Assembly (NCBI GenBank): GCA_964016885.1
Contig: OZ024743.1
Location: 245,024,001 to 245,088,000 of the forward strand
Source: Eledone cirrhosa
Taxonomy: Eukaryota
Direction: 5' to 3'
DNA length: 64,000 bases
This document shows, piece after piece, positions 61,517-64,000 of the stretch. The position numbers and the translations under genes are program-made. How positions within the stretch are numbered: position 1 is the stretch's first letter; the number at the start of each line of letters is the position of its first letter. The notes below the pieces were generated by a model. It was not told where the DNA came from. It was given only the letters and a program-made list of their open reading frames with translations, and did no database searches.

Positions 61517-61853
61517 ATCATCATCATCATCATTCGTCCGCTTTTCCCTGCTTGCAAGGGTGGGACGGGAACTGATTCTGGCTTGATTTCTACAGCTGGA
61601 TGCCCTTCCTAATACCAACCTCATTTACAGTGTGGGCTGGGTGCTTTTTTGCCGTGGCACCTCCACGACCACTTTGCAGTGGAATGATAGGGACCCCAGT
61701 CCTTATCATCTCATTTCTACAGCTGAGTAAACTGGAGCAATGTGAAATAAAGTGTCTTGCTCAAGGAAACAACACATCACCCGGTCTGAGAATTGAACTC
61801 ACAACCTTTCGATTGCAAGGCCAATGCTATAACCACTAACCCATGTGCCTCCA
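61517..61853 (-). mobile_element. tRNA-derived SINE, family B
   Basis: Reverse complement of the 48817-49210 family, (CAT)n at the left end. Confidence 0.85.
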
Positions 61854-62951
61854 AAATAATATTATTGGTTGGCTTTAAGAAGGGCATCTAGCTGTAGAAA
61901 CCATGCCAAAAAATGGAACATGGGTGAGTTGCATTTCTCCAGCCTATCCAGTCTCAAATCTTGATAACTGGTCCAACCCATGCCAGTATAGAAATGGGAC
62001 ATACATTTATTATTATTTAGTTTTTGTAAAATGATTGGTGATAGAAAAGGCATCCAACTGTAGAAACTATGCCAAAACCTGAACATATGCAAGCGAGATA
62101 GTGCCTGTCTGGGAGTAGCTGTGATGAAATACTGACTTGGTCTGTGATGACATGTCCAACCAATGCCAGCATAGAAAAACAGACATTAAATAAGGATGAT
62201 GGTGTTTAGCCACAGGTCAGTTCTGATGCAGTAGAGCTATGATGATCAAAAGTGTTCCTGATGTGACTCCCATCTTTTAATGAAATATATTTATGACTAC
62301 ATTATATAGTATAGTAGTTTGTATTAGTGACTATAGTTGTTAATGTTTAGATTTAATTGAGCAGAGATAAGATGAAAGATATTTCCTACCTTTTTGTTGA
62401 TGTAGGATTATATTGTCCAATGTGTCCTTTATTTAAGATGGTAGGGTGTGAGTGACCGTATAATGGTTCCCCGTATGATGATAATTTGAGTGGGTAGAGA
62501 GTGCCAGATGGGTGGCATTCAGGGTAGGAAGCATTTGGTATAGAGTTTTTTTTTGTTGGGATTTAGTAGAGTGAGACAGTGAGTGGTAGAGATGTGGGAG
62601 GATCTAAAGGGTTTATGTTCATGTGTGTGTGTGTGGGGGGGGGGGGGGGGTAACAGTTGTATCACATCCCACATATATATGTAATAGTGTTGTAAAAGGG
62701 TTGGTACAAGAAATGGCATCCAGCTGTAAAACATCTCAAAAAGGACATGATGTGTATGAAGTCTATCAAGGGGCCTTTAAGGCTAACACCTGAAAGGTTA
62801 TTGCAGTTGCTATTATGGTCTAGAATATATGTGGCTGTGTATATCACTAATACCACATCTCATATATGTATGTTTAATAATTGTGTAGAGTAGTGAATTG
62901 TATATAGATGATGATGTGTGTGTCACTGCAAGGTATATAGTTGCTTATAAT

Positions 62952-63138
62952 AATTGTTTCTACTTTAGGCACAAGGCCAGCAATTACCCAGTGCATTACT
63001 GGTACTTTATTTTATCGACCCCGTAAGGATGAAAGGCAAAGTCAACCTTGGCGGGATTTGAACTCAGATCGTAAAGGGACGTAACTATGCTGGAAAGCAT
63101 GGCGTCCAACCCTCTACCGATACTGCGAATCCACCGCC
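62952..63138 (-). mobile_element. Full-length family A SINE with TSD
   Basis: Flanked by the direct repeat tatagttgcttataataat. Confidence 0.88.
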
Positions 63139-63716
63139 TTATAGTTGCTTATAATAATGAAGTCATTTAGCAAAAGATGTTTAAAGAAAGTAAAGGGATC
63201 TCAACACTTGATGGAGTCATAAGGATGCAGTCTTGGACATTTTGAAACCTAGCAGAGCCAATTCCTCTCCGTGTTGAAACATAACTGATCTCTTCCAGGA
63301 TGGGTGGAGGGAAAATCAATCTCAATACAGGATTAGTAGTTTATTTATCTACCTTGAAAGGTTGAAAATTAAAGTTGATCTTAATGGGATTTGAACTCAG
63401 TGCAGTGTACTGGAACAAATACTGAGGCATTTTTAATTTGAGACCATAACAACTGCCAATTTGCTTTCTGAAAGCATATTTACTAAACCTAATGAAAACC
63501 ACATTCCACTGAAGATGGGAAAACAGGGAATATGTGAGAGGAATGAGATGTTCATGATTTGTTTAATGTGTGTAAAAGTTGGATAAAACTGGTAATGAGA
63601 GAAAGTGGAGTGGCAGGAGAATTGGTTAAGCTAAGGTTGTAGTAATGAGAATATAGATGTTTGACAATGTTTACTGTATAATTGTCTTATAATGATATTT
63701 TGTGTGGATATTTCAG

Positions 63717-63799
63717 ATACTGTCAGGGATGATCCTGATACTGAATGTCAGAAGTTAGCTATACAGACAATGAAGATTCTACACAGTGTTGTACAACAG
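63717..63799 (+). CDS. TELO2: TELO2 exon 19 (may read through to a TAG at 63848-63850 if terminal)
   Basis: tttcag acceptor, DTVRDDPDTECQKLAIQTM matches the TELO2 C-terminal DPD..C motif. The 3' boundary is ambiguous (GTGTGT donor or read-through). Confidence 0.85.
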
Positions 63800-64000
63800 G
63801 TGTGTGAGGGTTTATATATTGATGTACACCAACCTATGCCAGCATGTTAGAATGGCTGTTAGATGGTGATGTTAGATGGTGATGAGGACGCATATACAAT
63901 ATCATTATCATCATCATCTGTTTTTCTGTGCCACAGGCAGTCTTTTGTCACTTTCTTCATGAAATTCAGACTTCTGAGATCAATTTTCACCTCTTTTTCC

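Larger units (their letters stand above)
23158..63799 (+). other. TELO2: TELO2 gene span (TEL2 telomere maintenance / TTT co-chaperone subunit), 19 coding exons
   Basis: Exons join with GT-AG sites in consistent phase to about 848 codons. Motifs WGDTSAIRHT, ESDLDSDDDFEPFDMS, PKYLRDC, YNIRQRMDILE, RIDSKTRRF and DLLGDD match known TELO2 motifs. Confidence 0.93.

Overview
AT-rich, intron-rich animal genomic DNA. The SINE/LINE/MITE repertoire is most consistent with an octopod cephalopod (inference). Two host genes lie head-to-head. On the minus strand is the first coding exon of DNAL4 (dynein axonemal light chain 4, 15507-15578); no further exon was found in the window. On the plus strand is a nearly complete TELO2 gene (19 coding exons, 23158 to about 63800, about 848 codons, all splice phases consistent). 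The rest is mobile DNA and tandem repeats. These include a ~4.4-kb palindrome made of a Penelope-like retroelement with a minimal hammerhead ribozyme in each arm, and an adjacent ~1.06-kb palindrome. There is also a Gypsy-type LTR element with an inverted gag-pro-RT block and a nested LTR plus tRNA-Trp PBS fragment, an ORF-intact RTE LINE with a PHD-like finger, CR1/L2 and RTE fragments, two tRNA-derived SINE families, and piggyBac-like and hAT-like MITEs. The most unusual signal is a ~70-copy 49-bp array whose unit is the TELO2 intron 7/exon 8 splice acceptor itself, with an in-frame stop in the copies. Two other TELO2 splice junctions also show ~50-bp tandem duplications.
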